The notes under the pieces are model-generated. The model worked only from the letters and a program-made list of their open reading frames with translations. It was not told where the DNA came from and made no database searches. The position numbers and the translations under genes were made by a program. Of a DNA stretch of 36,627 nt, positions 35,466-36,627 are shown piece after piece. Position 1 is the stretch's first letter, and each line of letters begins with the position of its first letter. Source of the DNA: a virus (taxonomy: Duplodnaviria > Caudoviricetes); the IMG/VR virus record IMGVR_UViG_3300032212_000080, positions 1 through 36,627 of that record. One strand, given 5' to 3'.

Positions 35466-36088
35466 TGGCGCTGGATACCTATGCGAACCTGCAAACCAGC
35501 GTCGGTGACTTTCTCAACCGAGATGACCTGACGAGCGTTATCCCAGATTTCATCACGCTTGCGGAAGCCGACTTTGGCCAAAAAATCAGCCATTGGCGCA
35601 TGGAAAAGCGATCAAACGCGACAACTAGCGCGCAGTTCATGGACGTGCCTAGCGACTTCCTTGAGCCGATCCGGCTCGGTAGTGACACGCAGAATGAACA
35701 CCGCATTGAGTTCACATCTTCGGCTGAAATGGCGCAGATGCGCGAAAACACGACCGACACGGCGGGGATTCCCCGCTTCTGGACATTCACGGACGGCAAG
35801 ATAGAACTGTATCCAACGCCAGACACAACCTACACGATGGAGTTGGTCTATCTGGCCAGCATCACCGCGCTATCAGATAGCAACACGACGAACTGGGTTC
35901 TGACGAACCATCCAAACGTCTATCTTTATGGTGCTCTTGTGCAATCAGCGCCTTACCTGCAAGCGGACGAACGCACGTCTGTGTGGGCCGCGATGTATCA
36001 GACCGCACTTGACGGCATTGCGGTAAGCGATATGCGCGGTCGCAGCGGTGGGTCCGGCCTCAAGATGCGGACACGGGGCATCCAGTGA
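35465..36088 (+). CDS. Head-tail adaptor (tail tubular A-like)
   Basis: TYANLQ..V.DFLNRDDLT..IPDFI.LAEA, LYPTPD and TNWVL..HP.VYLYGAL motifs. Confidence 0.82.
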   Translation: MALDTYANLQTSVGDFLNRDDLTSVIPDFITLAEADFGQKISHWRMEKRSNATTSAQFMDVPSDFLEPIRLGSDTQNEHRIEFTSSAEMAQMRENTTDTAGIPRFWTFTDGKIELYPTPDTTYTMELVYLASITALSDSNTTNWVLTNHPNVYLYGALVQSAPYLQADERTSVWAAMYQTALDGIAVSDMRGRSGGSGLKMRTRGIQ

Positions 36089-36336
36089 CCACGTATTATC
36101 CGGCTCAAATCGAGCAGGGCATCACCGGGCAAGCGGCGGAAATCATTCAAGAGCCGTCGCAAGACGACATCATAATAAACGGTCAAGGCGCAGCGGTGGT
36201 CGCGGCAACTGTCACGGTTAACGCCGGAGCCGCTGGCGACGCATGGCCTACGTTCAGCACGTATTCGGCAAACAGCGATACGGGCACTAGTTGGGCGGCG
36301 GCGTCAATGGGCGTGACCGCATGGACGGAGAATTGA
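36085..36336 (+). CDS. Small virion-module protein
   Basis: GTGA overlap, C-terminal W..AS.....W pattern. Confidence 0.5.
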   Translation: MTTYYPAQIEQGITGQAAEIIQEPSQDDIIINGQGAAVVAATVTVNAGAAGDAWPTFSTYSANSDTGTSWAAASMGVTAWTEN

Positions 36337-36340
36337 GCAA

Positions 36341-36627
36341 ATGGCAGACACCGTAACCGCTACCTACAGCCTGACCAAGCCGGAAGTTGGTGCGTCTGAG
36401 GATACTTGGGGCACGAAAACCAACACCAATTGGGATTCGGTTGACGGTCTGCTTGACGGCACCACGGCGATTGCTCCGAATCTCGTTGGCTGGCAAGTCA
36501 GCGGCGTGGCTGTAACCAGCACGGCGGCGGAACTGAACATCCTCGACGGTGTGACAAGCACCGCTGCCGAGTTGAATATCCTTGATGGTGTCACTAGCAG
36601 CGCGGGGGAATTGAACCTGCTGGACGG
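36341..36627 (+). CDS. Tail fibre protein, 5' part (continues at 128-704)
   Basis: MADTVTATYSLTKPEVGASEDTWGTKTNTNWD..D, a fibre attachment motif. Confidence 0.85.
   Translation, partial: MADTVTATYSLTKPEVGASEDTWGTKTNTNWDSVDGLLDGTTAIAPNLVGWQVSGVAVTSTAAELNILDGVTSTAAELNILDGVTSSAGELNLLD

Noticed and set aside
36501-36627. Biological direct terminal repeat
   Set aside because: It is exactly 127 bp and falls mid-gene, typical of k-mer overlap. The PBSX-like terminase suggests headful packaging instead.

Overview
This window is a complete, circularly permuted tailed-phage genome of 36,500 bp. Positions 36501-36627 repeat 1-127 exactly and cut a tail-fibre gene, which points to assembler overlap. 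The virion is podovirus-like: PBSX-type terminase, portal, scaffold, DUF5309/SU10-like capsid, adaptor, nozzle, ejection proteins, tailspike, and holin/GH24 lysozyme/spanins. The early region is lambdoid: a leftward accessory operon, then cro, ERF, NinB, HNH-AP2, Ref-like nuclease, adenine methyltransferase, VRR-NUC, O/P-like replication genes, DnaA-C HTH and SSB. An alphaproteobacterial host (probably Rhodobacteraceae) is inferred from gene style only. Notable points: (1) PL- and PR-like promoters with matched operators sit back-to-back with no cI between them, and no integrase or partition gene is recognisable; (2) a candidate antisense RNA precedes a split replication-initiator module; (3) about 440 bp of hairpin-dense non-coding sequence lies upstream of terS; (4) several genes have reading-frame or start anomalies, one at a canonical -1 slippery heptamer; (5) the head block and the adaptor-tail-ejection block appear swapped; (6) a leaderless 39-aa membrane peptide lies at the P22 sieA-like position. 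All family assignments come from motif recognition by eye, with no database search.
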